Source: Longimicrobiales bacterium (GTDB lineage Bacteria; Gemmatimonadota; Gemmatimonadetes; Longimicrobiales; Gaopeijiaceae). From it: a DNA stretch of 64,000 bases. The position numbers and the translations under genes were made by a program. The notes beneath the pieces were generated by a model. The model had not been told where the DNA came from, made no database searches, and saw nothing but the letters and a program-made list of their open reading frames with translations. Numbering within the stretch: the stretch's first letter is position 1; every line of letters starts with the position of its first letter. Below, piece after piece: positions 28,414-38,004 of this stretch. Location: NCBI GenBank assembly GCA_965249725.1, contig CBDFMQ010000002.1, positions 1,728,001-1,792,000 on the forward strand. The letters run 5' to 3'.

Positions 28414-29088
28414 TTGGGCGCCGATGCAAATCACGAGGACGGCCCGTTGGACCGACACGAAGAGCCACCGTTCAAGTCGATGCACTACCACGACGTGCGG
28501 GACGAAATCCAGGACGGTGATCTGTTCTTCTTCCGCGGGAGCTTCCGGAGCTCCCGGCTATTCACGATGCTCACACGTTCATTCTACTCGCACTCCGCGA
28601 TCATAGCCCGTTGGGACAAGCGGTTGATGATTCTGCAAGCGGAGATGAAGGTCGAGGCGGTACCGCTCAGCGTCGCCGTGCAGGAGTACCCGGGCCGTGC
28701 GGACTGGTACCGATTGAAGCGCGAGGACATCCCGGATATCGAGCCAAAGACCCGCAAGATGTTGTGGGAGGCCAAGTGCGAGGTGGGCCTGCCGTTCGCT
28801 CTCATGGATCTCCTCAAGTCCGTTGCTCGGTACTTCTTCCACTTTCGAATGAAAGACGCCGTGTCTCCAAAGGGGATGTTCTGTTCGGAGTACGTCGAGC
28901 GCTCGTTCCGAAAAGGTGGGATGCCCCTAGTGGACAGTCCCGACGTGGCGACGTTTCCTCAGGACCTGGCCGAATCCAGGTTGCTCGAGTACATGGGCAC
29001 GATAGAACACCATCCGGATCGGCCGTTCGATCGATGCGTCGACGATGTCGATGCGAACGAGGATTCGTCGGGAGCCGAAGGCACATGA
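28414..29088 (+). CDS. YiiX/YebB-like permuted papain-like NlpC/P60 enzyme
   Basis: IQDGDLFFFRG...YSHSAII (His) precedes MFCSEYV (Cys), the circularly permuted order; GAGGAGG before the TTG start. Confidence 0.75.
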   Translation: MGADANHEDGPLDRHEEPPFKSMHYHDVRDEIQDGDLFFFRGSFRSSRLFTMLTRSFYSHSAIIARWDKRLMILQAEMKVEAVPLSVAVQEYPGRADWYRLKREDIPDIEPKTRKMLWEAKCEVGLPFALMDLLKSVARYFFHFRMKDAVSPKGMFCSEYVERSFRKGGMPLVDSPDVATFPQDLAESRLLEYMGTIEHHPDRPFDRCVDDVDANEDSSGAEGT

Positions 29089-30110
29089 GCCTCGGACCCC
29101 ACCACAAACCCGGAGGGGGCTTTCAGAGCCCCTGGGGCGACCGGCACGGCCCGTTGGGCGCCATCAAGTGGTACTGGGAGCGGCTGTTCGAGAACCTGCC
29201 GCCGAATCCTGTTCCATCCCAACTGCCCCGAGGGAAGTCCGACATCGCCTATCCTCGGGTCGACCTCGAGGAGTTCCGCGCCACCTGGATAGGACACGCC
29301 ACGGTCCTTCTCCAGGTCGGAGGAGTGAACATCCTGGTCGATCCCGTGTGGAGCCGTAGGTGCTTCCCCGTTCAGTGGGTCGGTCCGGATCGCATCGTCC
29401 CGCCGGGGCTCGACTTCGATGCGTTGCCCCCCATCGACATCATCGTGATCTCCCACGATCACTACGACCACCTGGATACGAACACGGTGCGGAAGCTCAC
29501 GGCACACTTCGGTGATGTGCCGACCTGGGTTACGCCGCTCGCCTATCGCTCGTGGTTTGCCGGGTTCGGCGTATCCAACATCGTCGAGTTGGATTGGTGG
29601 CAGGAGGCGGCGATGTCGACCGAAGCCGGAGACGTCTCGCTGACGGCGGTCCCGGCGCGCCACTACACACGCCGAAGCGTGTTCCGGGGCAATACGCGCC
29701 TCTGGTCGTCGTACACGATGCGGGCTCCGGGTGGTCACACCGCATTCCTCACCGGCGACTCGGGCTACTTCGAAGAAAGCAGCGGAATCGGTGACCGACT
29801 CGGTCCGTTCGACTTCGTGACCATGCCCATCGGAGCCTACGACCCGCGGTGGTTCATGAAGCCGACACACATGTGCCCCGAAGAAGCAGTCGATACGTAT
29901 CGAAACCTGGGTGCTTCCGGCTTGATGCTCTCCGTCCACTGGGGAACTTGGCGTCTCACGGATGAGGACATGCTCGAGCCTCCGGGTCGGGTCAGGGAAG
30001 CGTGGAAGCAGGCCGGACTGTCCGAACAAGATCTGTGGGTGCCGGAGCGAGGGGAGACCCGTAGTATTGCCGCACCGCGACGGTCCGACGACCACGGAGA
30101 GAGTAGCTAG
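29085..30110 (+). CDS. MBL-fold metallo-hydrolase, NAPE-PLD/RomA-like
   Basis: TWIGHATVL, LVDPVWS, SHDHYDHLD, ELDWWQ, PARH, GDSGY, PIGAYDPRWFM and VHWGTWRLTDE; ATGA overlap with the upstream gene. Confidence 0.88.
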   Translation: MSLGPHHKPGGGFQSPWGDRHGPLGAIKWYWERLFENLPPNPVPSQLPRGKSDIAYPRVDLEEFRATWIGHATVLLQVGGVNILVDPVWSRRCFPVQWVGPDRIVPPGLDFDALPPIDIIVISHDHYDHLDTNTVRKLTAHFGDVPTWVTPLAYRSWFAGFGVSNIVELDWWQEAAMSTEAGDVSLTAVPARHYTRRSVFRGNTRLWSSYTMRAPGGHTAFLTGDSGYFEESSGIGDRLGPFDFVTMPIGAYDPRWFMKPTHMCPEEAVDTYRNLGASGLMLSVHWGTWRLTDEDMLEPPGRVREAWKQAGLSEQDLWVPERGETRSIAAPRRSDDHGESS

Positions 30111-30200
30111 TTGAAACCACACTGACGCTCCTGTTATATCTTCGACAGCCGCCGTCGTAGGTTGCGGTCATTGTCCACATTGCCATCACGATTCGAGAGC

Positions 30201-30851
30201 ATGAAAACAAGACGCGCCCACATCCTATTGGTCGGTGCGCTTCTCCTGCAGGCATGCGCCGGCACCGGAGCGACGGAAGCCCAGACTCCCGGCTCCTCCC
30301 CGAGGATGTCCAACGCCGAACTCGAGGCACTCTATCGGGCGCGGCAGGACAGCGCACTCATGAGGGTCAGCGAGGCCGACGTCGACTTCATGACGGGGAT
30401 GATCGGACACCACGCCCAGGCACTGGTCATGGCCGGCTTCGCCCCATCGAACGACGCCGGAAGCCAGATCAGGACGTTGACCGCACGGATCATCAATGCC
30501 CAGAGGGACGAGATCGCCCTCATGCAGAGGTGGCTCCAGGATCGTGGGCAGCCGGTGCCCGAGGTGGACGGCACGGGTCACATGGAACACGCCATGCACA
30601 TGCCTGGGATGCTGAGTTCGGAGCAACTCGAAGAACTGGAGCGGGCGCGTGGCTCGCAATACGACCGCCTGTTTCTGACCTACATGATCCAACACCATGA
30701 GGGAGCCGTCACCATGGTGAAGGAGCTCTTCGCCACCGACGGAGCGGCGCTGGACGATATCGCGTTCAAGCTCGCCTCGGATATCCAGGTGGATCAGATC
30801 ACCGAAATCAATCGCATGCGGAGTATGCTCGAGGCGTTACCGACGCCTTAG
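30201..30851 (+). CDS. DUF305 (ferritin-like, His/Met-rich) lipoprotein
   Basis: Lipobox LQAC; ADVDFMTGMIGHHAQALVM, MEHAMHMPGML and FLTYMIQHHEGAVTM. Confidence 0.88.
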   Translation: MKTRRAHILLVGALLLQACAGTGATEAQTPGSSPRMSNAELEALYRARQDSALMRVSEADVDFMTGMIGHHAQALVMAGFAPSNDAGSQIRTLTARIINAQRDEIALMQRWLQDRGQPVPEVDGTGHMEHAMHMPGMLSSEQLEELERARGSQYDRLFLTYMIQHHEGAVTMVKELFATDGAALDDIAFKLASDIQVDQITEINRMRSMLEALPTP

Positions 30852-30895
30852 CCATCACCGACCACACCGCACTCATTACGTTCGAGGAACCCGCT

Positions 30896-32956
30896 ATGAC
30901 TCTTGTCGCCCTGACGCTTCGTCGTCTCTCACACGCTTCCGTTCAGTTAGCGAAGCCGCTCGTCCTGGGACTTGGACTAGTGGCTTTGGCTAGTTGTGCC
31001 GGTCAGTACTCCGCGCCCGAGGCCGCACCTGCTGCTGCGCCTGCGCCCACCGTGGCCGCCGCGCCAACCGCGATGACCCCTGCGCCTCTTCAGGTCACGC
31101 CGCCGAGTCCTGATCCGCGGGTAGGCCTGAGAGCCGGCCTCTTCGATGCGGCCGAGGCCGCGTGGAACATGCGCGTCGTCTCGAGCACGCCTCCTGTCGA
31201 GGCTTTCGTGGGCGTCACGAATTCCGATCTGGCCTTCACCGGCGAGTACGCCATCCAGGGCAACTACAACGGCTTCCAGGTCTGGAATATCGAGGATGCC
31301 GCGAACCCTGCCGCGACGACTACTCACCTCTGCCCCGCATCACAGAGCGATGTCTCCGTCTACAAGAACCTGCTCTTCGTCTCCGGCGAAGGGCTGGGCG
31401 GGCGGCTCGACTGCGGCACGCAGGGTGTGGCAGAAGCGGTCAGCCCCGAGCGACTCCGCGGGATCCGGATCTTCGACATCAGCGACATGCGGAGTCCGCA
31501 GTACATCGCCAACGTGCAGACCTGCCGCGGTTCACACACGCACACCGTGTTGGAAGCTCCGAACGACCCGGACAACGTCTACATCTACGTGTCCGGATCT
31601 TCAGGCGTCCGCCCCGCCGAGGAATTGGCGGGTTGCTCCGGTGAGTTGCCGAGCGAGGACCCGAACTCCGCTCTGTTCAGGATCGAGGTCATCCGGGTTC
31701 CCGTCGACAATCCGGAGCAAGCCGCGATCGTGACCTCGCCGCGGATCTTCGAGGAGCTCATGGCTCCGCCGACCCACGGTCTTTCGGCCGCCGACATCGC
31801 CGAGCTGGAAGAGGCACGGGCCGCCGGCGCATTCATCGGTTCATTCGGGGGCGGGGGAGCAGAGCGTGTGCTCCCTGGCCGCATGATCCAACCGATGCTC
31901 GACCAGATCGTCGCCGAGCGCGGCGGCACGGGTCAGGCGACCGCGGCCGACAGCGCTTCGCTACGTGAGCGTCTGCCCGAGATGATGGCGCAATTCCGTA
32001 GGCCGCGCCCCGGTGCTGGCCTGAACCTCGGGCCCTCTCAGTGCCACGACATCACCGTCTATCCCGGCATGGGACTCGCCGGCGGGGCTTGTGGAGGGTA
32101 CGGGCTTCTGCTCGACATCAGTGATCCCACGAACCCCGTGCGGATCGCCGCTGCAGCGGACTCGAACTTCGCCTATTGGCACTCCGCGACCTTCAGCAAC
32201 GATGGCTCAAAGGTCCTCTTTACGGACGAATGGGGCGGCGGCGGTGCGCCGAAGTGCCGTTCCAGCGATCCCGTGGAGTGGGGCGCGAACGCCATCTTCA
32301 CCATCGAAGGCGACGAGCTGGAGTTCCAGTCCTACTACAAACTGCCGGCCGCGCAGACGTCGTTGGAGAACTGCGTCGCCCACAACGGGTCGCTGATTCC
32401 GGTCCCCGGACGCGACATCATGGCCCAGGCGTGGTACCAGGGCGGCATTTCGGTCTTCGACTGGACCGATCCGAAGAACCCGGTGGAGATCGCATTCCAC
32501 GACCGGGGCCCCACCGACGCGACGCGCCAGGGATCGGGCGGGAGCTGGTCGGTATACTGGTACAACGGAGTGCTCGTGAGCTCGGAGATCGCGCGTGGAC
32601 TCGACATTTTCGAGCTCCTGCCGAGCGAAGTGCTCTCACAGAACGAAATCGACGCAGCGCTGTCCGTTCGTCTCGACCACCTGAACGCACAGGGGCAGCC
32701 CAAGTTCGAGTGGCCCTACACGTTCGCCCTGGCACGCGCATATGTGGATCAGCTGGAGCGGTCGCGCACCATGGCTGCGTCCAGAGTCGCGTCGGTCCGT
32801 GGATCCCTGACGACCGCTGAGCGCGCATCCGGCACAGCCCGCGACTCGGCGCTGCGGTCACTCGCCCGTGAACTCACGAGCGAAGCAGATCGGTCCGGCG
32901 CCGCCGCCACGGTGCGGATGTTGGCCGAAGCGGTCCGAGGTCTCGCCGGAAGCTGA
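30896..32956 (+). CDS. LVIVD-type beta-propeller lipoprotein, copy 1
   Basis: Lipobox LASC; NSDLAF, CRGSHTHT, QCHDITV, YWHSATF, FTDEWGGG and ENCVAHNG. Confidence 0.8.
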   Translation: MTLVALTLRRLSHASVQLAKPLVLGLGLVALASCAGQYSAPEAAPAAAPAPTVAAAPTAMTPAPLQVTPPSPDPRVGLRAGLFDAAEAAWNMRVVSSTPPVEAFVGVTNSDLAFTGEYAIQGNYNGFQVWNIEDAANPAATTTHLCPASQSDVSVYKNLLFVSGEGLGGRLDCGTQGVAEAVSPERLRGIRIFDISDMRSPQYIANVQTCRGSHTHTVLEAPNDPDNVYIYVSGSSGVRPAEELAGCSGELPSEDPNSALFRIEVIRVPVDNPEQAAIVTSPRIFEELMAPPTHGLSAADIAELEEARAAGAFIGSFGGGGAERVLPGRMIQPMLDQIVAERGGTGQATAADSASLRERLPEMMAQFRRPRPGAGLNLGPSQCHDITVYPGMGLAGGACGGYGLLLDISDPTNPVRIAAAADSNFAYWHSATFSNDGSKVLFTDEWGGGGAPKCRSSDPVEWGANAIFTIEGDELEFQSYYKLPAAQTSLENCVAHNGSLIPVPGRDIMAQAWYQGGISVFDWTDPKNPVEIAFHDRGPTDATRQGSGGSWSVYWYNGVLVSSEIARGLDIFELLPSEVLSQNEIDAALSVRLDHLNAQGQPKFEWPYTFALARAYVDQLERSRTMAASRVASVRGSLTTAERASGTARDSALRSLARELTSEADRSGAAATVRMLAEAVRGLAGS

Positions 32957-32966
32957 GTCGGCGCGG

Positions 32967-33006
32967 GCAACTCCGGCCTTCGACTGAATCAGAAGGCCGG
33001 AGTTGC
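32967..33006. terminator. 15-bp stem-loop between the LVIVD paralogues
   Basis: GCAACTCCGGCCTTC (32967-32981) / GAAGGCCGGAGTTGC (32992-33006); no U-tract. Confidence 0.55.
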
Positions 33007-33127
33007 TCGTATATATGGCTCGTATGGAAGGCTCGTAACACAGCATGTGCCGGACGCATTATGCCTCCGGTCCGAATCGAGACGCAAGAGAATCACAATC
33101 CTGAGAAGCTCAGTGAGGAACCCAGAC

Positions 33128-35161
33128 ATGAATTCCGTTATTCCGGCACCCGCGGACCCTGCGAACGGCTCCACTCGAGTAGCGAGGCTGTTTTCTGTGG
33201 CCGTTGCCTTGGTGGCCCTGGCCGGCTGTGCAGGTCAGTCGGCCGCACCTGAAACCGCCACGACCATGGCGACGCCCCCGGCGACCCCAGTTCCGCTCCG
33301 GGTCACACCCCCGTCTCCCGACCCTCGCGTGGGCCTGGAGGCCGGCCTGTTCGACGCCGAGGAAGCCGCGTGGAACATGCGTGTCGTGTCGAGCACGCTG
33401 CCGGCTGAACCGTTCGTGGGCTCCACCAATTCGGACCTGGCGTTCAAGGACGACTACGCGATTCAGGGCAACTACAACGGTGTGCAATTCTGGAACATCG
33501 AGGACCCGAGCAATCCAGCCTCGACCACGACGTTCGTCTGTCCCGCATCGCAGAGCGACGTGTCAGTCTACCAGAATCTGCTCTTCGTTTCCGGTGAGGG
33601 CATGGGTGGGCGAATCGATTGTGGCACCGAGGGCGTTTCCGAAGCCGTCAGTGCAGACCGACTGAGGGGCATTCGCATCTTCGACATCACCGACGTACGG
33701 AGTCCCCGGTTCATCACCAACGTGCAGACTTGTCGTGGATCGCACACGCACACGGTGTTGGAAGCGCCGAGCGACCCGAACAACGTCTACATTTATGTGT
33801 CGGGCTCCGCGCCCGTACGTGCGGCCGAAGAGCTGGCGGGCTGCTCGGGCGCGATGCCTAGCGAAGACCCGAATACGGCTCTGTTCCGCATCGAAGTGAT
33901 CCGGGTGCCGCTCGACAATCCGGAGCAGGCCGAGATCGTGAGCTCACCTCGGATCTTCGAGGAGCTCGTGGCTCCCCCCACGCACGGAATGGCGCCTGAG
34001 GACGAGGCTGCCCTTCAGGAGGCCCGCGACCGCGGCGCGTTCATCGCCGAGTTCGGCGGTCAGTTCCAGATCATGCCCGACCAGTTCGCGGAACAGATGC
34101 TGGCCGATATGATGGCGGCCCAAGGCCGTACGGGTCCTCCCACCGCGGCCGACAGTACGGCTCTCCGAGAGTATATCCCGGTCATGGTAGCCGAGCAGTT
34201 TGGACCGCAGGGCGATGAGGACGGGCCCGGCTTCGGCCCCACCCAGTGCCACGACATAACGGTATACCCGGCGATGGGACTCGCCGGGGGCGCCTGTGAG
34301 GGGTACGGGATTCTCCTCGACATCAGCGACCCTCTCGACCCGAAGCGCCTCGCGGCCGTGGCGGACTCGAACTTCGCCTATTGGCACTCTGCCACGTTCA
34401 ACAACGACGCGACCAAGATCCTGTTCACCGATGAGTGGGGCGGCGGCGGCGGACCGAAGTGCCGGGCCACCGATCCCAAGGAGTGGGGCGCGAACGCCAT
34501 CTTCACCATCGAGGACGGTGAGATGAGGTTCCAGTCGTACTACAAGTTGCCGGCGCCTCAGACGTCACTCGAGAACTGCGTCGCCCACAACGGATCGCTC
34601 ATTCCCATCCCCGGGCGCGACGTGATGGTCCAGGCGTGGTATCAGGGTGGCATCTCGGTCTTCGACTGGACCGATGCGGCGAACCCCGTGGAAATCGCGT
34701 TCCACGACCGCGGACCCTCCGACCCGAACACGATGGGTCCCGGGGGAAGCTGGTCCGTGTACTGGTACAACGGCGCGATCGTGAGCTCCGAAATCGCACG
34801 CGGCCTCGACATCTTCGAGCTCACGCCGAGCGAAGCGATCTCGCAAAACGAGATCGACGCGGCGAACTCCGTGCGCATGGATTATCTCAACGCACAGGGG
34901 CAGCCGAAGTTCATGTGGCCGAACACGTTTGCCCTGGCCCGCGCCTATGTGGACCAGCTCGAACGCTCACGTTCGATGGCCTCGGGTCGCGTTGCAGAAG
35001 TACGTGCCGCCCTCGACGCGGCTGAGGGCGCGTCGGGCTCGGCGCAGCGTACCGCGCTGACCACGCTCGCACGGGAGTTGGGCGGAGAAGCAGAACGCTC
35101 ACAGGACGCCGCGAAGGTGCGGATGTTGGCCGACGCCGTGCGAGGGCTGGCCGGCAACTGA
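33128..35161 (+). CDS. LVIVD-type beta-propeller lipoprotein, copy 2 (tandem paralogue)
   Basis: Lipobox LAGC; same motif series as copy 1 with long identical peptide stretches. Confidence 0.8.
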   Translation: MNSVIPAPADPANGSTRVARLFSVAVALVALAGCAGQSAAPETATTMATPPATPVPLRVTPPSPDPRVGLEAGLFDAEEAAWNMRVVSSTLPAEPFVGSTNSDLAFKDDYAIQGNYNGVQFWNIEDPSNPASTTTFVCPASQSDVSVYQNLLFVSGEGMGGRIDCGTEGVSEAVSADRLRGIRIFDITDVRSPRFITNVQTCRGSHTHTVLEAPSDPNNVYIYVSGSAPVRAAEELAGCSGAMPSEDPNTALFRIEVIRVPLDNPEQAEIVSSPRIFEELVAPPTHGMAPEDEAALQEARDRGAFIAEFGGQFQIMPDQFAEQMLADMMAAQGRTGPPTAADSTALREYIPVMVAEQFGPQGDEDGPGFGPTQCHDITVYPAMGLAGGACEGYGILLDISDPLDPKRLAAVADSNFAYWHSATFNNDATKILFTDEWGGGGGPKCRATDPKEWGANAIFTIEDGEMRFQSYYKLPAPQTSLENCVAHNGSLIPIPGRDVMVQAWYQGGISVFDWTDAANPVEIAFHDRGPSDPNTMGPGGSWSVYWYNGAIVSSEIARGLDIFELTPSEAISQNEIDAANSVRMDYLNAQGQPKFMWPNTFALARAYVDQLERSRSMASGRVAEVRAALDAAEGASGSAQRTALTTLARELGGEAERSQDAAKVRMLADAVRGLAGN

Positions 35162-35170
35162 AGCTTCAAG

Positions 35171-35202
35171 AGGGCGACGGGCGGTAGCGCGCCCGTCGCC
35201 CT
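35171..35202 (+). terminator. Stem-loop after the second LVIVD gene
   Basis: AGGGCGACGGGCG / CGCCCGTCGCCCT, 13-bp stem. Confidence 0.55.
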
Positions 35203-35208
35203 TCTCGA

Positions 35209-36186
35209 ATGAAAATCTGTCTGCTCACCACCCAGGATCTCGACGCAGATCCCTTTCCGGCGGACGATTGGCCGTGCGATCCAAGGCCGTTCATGCCGGA
35301 AGCGACCTGGCACCTAGAAGTGCTCTCCACGAGATCGCGTTCGGTGGAGCTGGTTACTGCCCGAGCGAAGGAGGGATTCGACCTCTTCTTCAACCTGTGC
35401 GACGGCGCGGCGGATGAGGAGACACCCGGGATCGAGGTCGTCGAGACCCTGGAGCGCCTGCATGTGCCGTTCACGGGGGCGACCTCGGAATACTACGAAC
35501 CCTCCCGAGTGGACATGAAGCGTGCCTGCCGGGCTCAGGGCATCGACACTCCCGCGTATGTGCTCGCAAAGGAGGAGGCCGACGTCGAGCGCGCGGCCGA
35601 TAGCCTTCGATTCCCGCTGTTCGTCAAGCACCACAGCAGCTATGCGAGCGTCTCCATCAGCCGAGCATCGCGCGTGCAGACGCCGGCGGGACTCCGACGA
35701 CAAGCCAAGAAGATCATGGGCCGCCACGGCAAGGCGTTGATCGAGGAGTACATCTCAGGAATCGAGGCCACCGTACTGGTGGCCGAGAACCCCGACGACC
35801 CCGCCCGGCCGACCACCTACACTCCCCTGCAGTATCGTTTTCCCGATGGGGAAAGCTTCAAGCACGCCGACCTCAAGTGGGTGGATTTCGACGAGCTGTT
35901 CTCGTTCCCGGTCGAGGATCCGGAGCTCGCCGCACAGCTTCGCGACGTCTCCGCCCGGTTCTTCGTGGAACTCAACGGGGCCAGCTTCGGCCGCTGCGAT
36001 CTGCGCATCGATTCGGATGGCACCCCGTTCGTACTCGAGATCAACCCCAACTGCGGGGTCTTCTATCCGGCGAGTGCCCCCGGCAGCGCCAACCTGTGTC
36101 TCGCCCACGACCCCGCCGGCCACGAAGGCTTCACGCGACAGATCGTCAGGGCGGCCCTCGCCCGGCACGCGCGCCGGAGCGCCTAG
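35209..36186 (+). CDS. D-Ala-D-Ala ligase-like ATP-grasp protein
   Basis: FFNLCDG, VPFTGA, FPLFVK, LIEEYISG, GRCDLR and LEINPNCG; lacks the canonical Ddl N-terminus (GGxSxEH). Confidence 0.75.
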   Translation: MKICLLTTQDLDADPFPADDWPCDPRPFMPEATWHLEVLSTRSRSVELVTARAKEGFDLFFNLCDGAADEETPGIEVVETLERLHVPFTGATSEYYEPSRVDMKRACRAQGIDTPAYVLAKEEADVERAADSLRFPLFVKHHSSYASVSISRASRVQTPAGLRRQAKKIMGRHGKALIEEYISGIEATVLVAENPDDPARPTTYTPLQYRFPDGESFKHADLKWVDFDELFSFPVEDPELAAQLRDVSARFFVELNGASFGRCDLRIDSDGTPFVLEINPNCGVFYPASAPGSANLCLAHDPAGHEGFTRQIVRAALARHARRSA

Positions 36187-36299
36187 GACCGCTCGGCTTC
36201 TCGACATCTTCCGCCGTCGGATCTAGTCTCTTCACCGGTAGCCATCACATCGACGCCGTCCGCCAGCGGTGCGTTTCCACCACTATTCCCAGGACCACC

Positions 36300-37904
36300 A
36301 TGAGACACCACGGACTCGCCCTCGGCACGGCTCTCATCATCCTCGCGACTCTGGTAGCCCCGGCCGTTCCCGCGGCGGCACAGACGTTCAGCACGGACGA
36401 CGCGGTCCTCCGGCAGCTATGGGCCGAAGGCATGGAGAACTCCCAGGCCCGCCCGTTGGCCCAGGCCCTGTTCGACTCGATCGGCCCCCGGCTGACGGGG
36501 AGCCCCGGACTCGAAGCGGGGCATGACTGGCTGGTCGAGAGGTACCGCAGCTGGGGAGTCGAGGCGGAGAATCAGCAGTACGGAACCTGGATGCGTTGGC
36601 GGCGCGGACGGGCACACGTCGACCTCGTCGAGCCACGCGTTCGCACGCTGGAAGCCATGGTCATGGCTTGGAGCCCGGGAACGGGGGGCGAGACCGTAAG
36701 GGCCGAGGTGCTCAACATGCCAGAGGTGGCGAGCCGGGCGGAGTTCGAGGCCTGGCTGCCCGAGGTGCGCGGGAAGTTCGTCACCATCGCCTTCCCACAA
36801 CCGACCTGTCGACCCAACGCGGACTGGGATCAGTGGGCGACCGATGCCTCCCGTGAAGAGGCCCAGGCAGAACGGAGCGCCGCGGAGCAGGAATGGCGCG
36901 AGAACATGGCTCGCTCGGGCTTCGAGATTCAGGGCCGCGGATCCGAAACGGCCATCGCCCGAGGTCTGGAGGCGGCCGGGGCCGCGGGCGTGATCGCCTC
37001 ACGCTGGTCGGGTGGTTGGGGCGCTCACCAGATGTTCGCCGGTGGCACGGAGAGCGTACCGGCACTCTTGGTCGGATGCGAAGACTACGGGCTGCTCCAC
37101 CGCCTCGCCGAGAACGACCAGAGCCCGGTCATCGAGGTCATGTCCGACGCGGAGTCCCTCGGAGAAGGGCCCGTGTTCAACACGATCGCCCACATTCCGG
37201 GGGTCGAGCTTCCCAACGAGTACGTACTCTTTTCAGCCCACTTCGACTCGTGGGACGCCGCGTCGGGGGCCACCGACAACGGGACCGGCACCCTCGTCAT
37301 GCTCGAAGCCATGCGGATTCTGCGCGAGGCGTATCCCAACCCGCGCCGCACCATCCTGGTGGGACACTGGGGTGGCGAGGAGCAAGGGCTCAACGGCTCG
37401 CGGGCCTTCGCCGCCGACAACCCGGACATCGTCCGCAACCTCCAGGCCCTCTTCAACCAGGACAACGGTACGGGACGAATCGTGAACGCATCGAGCCAGG
37501 GATACATCAGCGCCTCGGGGTACCTGGCGAGTTGGCTCTCCGGGCTCCCCGTGGAACTCACGGACGAGATCGCCTTCGACTTTCCGGGCACACCGGGTGG
37601 GGGCGGGAGCGACTACGCGTCCTTCGTCTGCTACGGTGCGCCGGCTTTCAGCCTCAGAGCGCTCAACTGGAGCTACAGCCCCTATACCTGGCACACGAAC
37701 CGCGACACATACGACAAAGTCGTCTTCGCCGACCTCAAGAACAACGCGACGCTCTACGCCATGCTCGCCTATATGGCGTCCGAAGAAGAAGCTCGTACCC
37801 CGAGGGACCGCCGCACCGAGTTTCCGGTGAACCCGGCCACCGGCCAGGCCGGATCATGGCCGGATTGCACGCCCTCGAGGCGAGACTGGTCACAGCGTAG
37901 ATAG
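36300..37904 (+). CDS. Secreted M28 peptidase (carboxypeptidase Q-like)
   Basis: Signal peptide; IGPRLTGS, SAHFDSWD, GATDNGTG, GGEEQGL and GGSDYASF. Confidence 0.9.
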   Translation: MRHHGLALGTALIILATLVAPAVPAAAQTFSTDDAVLRQLWAEGMENSQARPLAQALFDSIGPRLTGSPGLEAGHDWLVERYRSWGVEAENQQYGTWMRWRRGRAHVDLVEPRVRTLEAMVMAWSPGTGGETVRAEVLNMPEVASRAEFEAWLPEVRGKFVTIAFPQPTCRPNADWDQWATDASREEAQAERSAAEQEWRENMARSGFEIQGRGSETAIARGLEAAGAAGVIASRWSGGWGAHQMFAGGTESVPALLVGCEDYGLLHRLAENDQSPVIEVMSDAESLGEGPVFNTIAHIPGVELPNEYVLFSAHFDSWDAASGATDNGTGTLVMLEAMRILREAYPNPRRTILVGHWGGEEQGLNGSRAFAADNPDIVRNLQALFNQDNGTGRIVNASSQGYISASGYLASWLSGLPVELTDEIAFDFPGTPGGGGSDYASFVCYGAPAFSLRALNWSYSPYTWHTNRDTYDKVVFADLKNNATLYAMLAYMASEEEARTPRDRRTEFPVNPATGQAGSWPDCTPSRRDWSQRR

Positions 37905-38004
37905 GCTCGACCCCGCCTGAGACCGTCTGACGGCGGAACGGAGGTCACGCCGACACGGTATTCTCAGGAGAGTGGCTCTCCCTCCCAACACCAGGTCACG
38001 GATC

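Noticed and set aside
28611..29084. Long N-terminal extension of the MBL hydrolase (499-aa ORF)
   Set aside because: It is an alternate frame of the YiiX-like gene; ATG 29085 overlapping the stop is the plausible start.
30896..35161. LVIVD duplication as an assembly artefact or DGR template/target pair
   Set aside because: The copies differ at many synonymous positions throughout, differences are not adenine-specific, and no reverse transcriptase is present.
35877..36299. Extended start of the M28 peptidase
   Set aside because: It overlaps the ATP-grasp gene; the signal peptide begins at ATG 36300.
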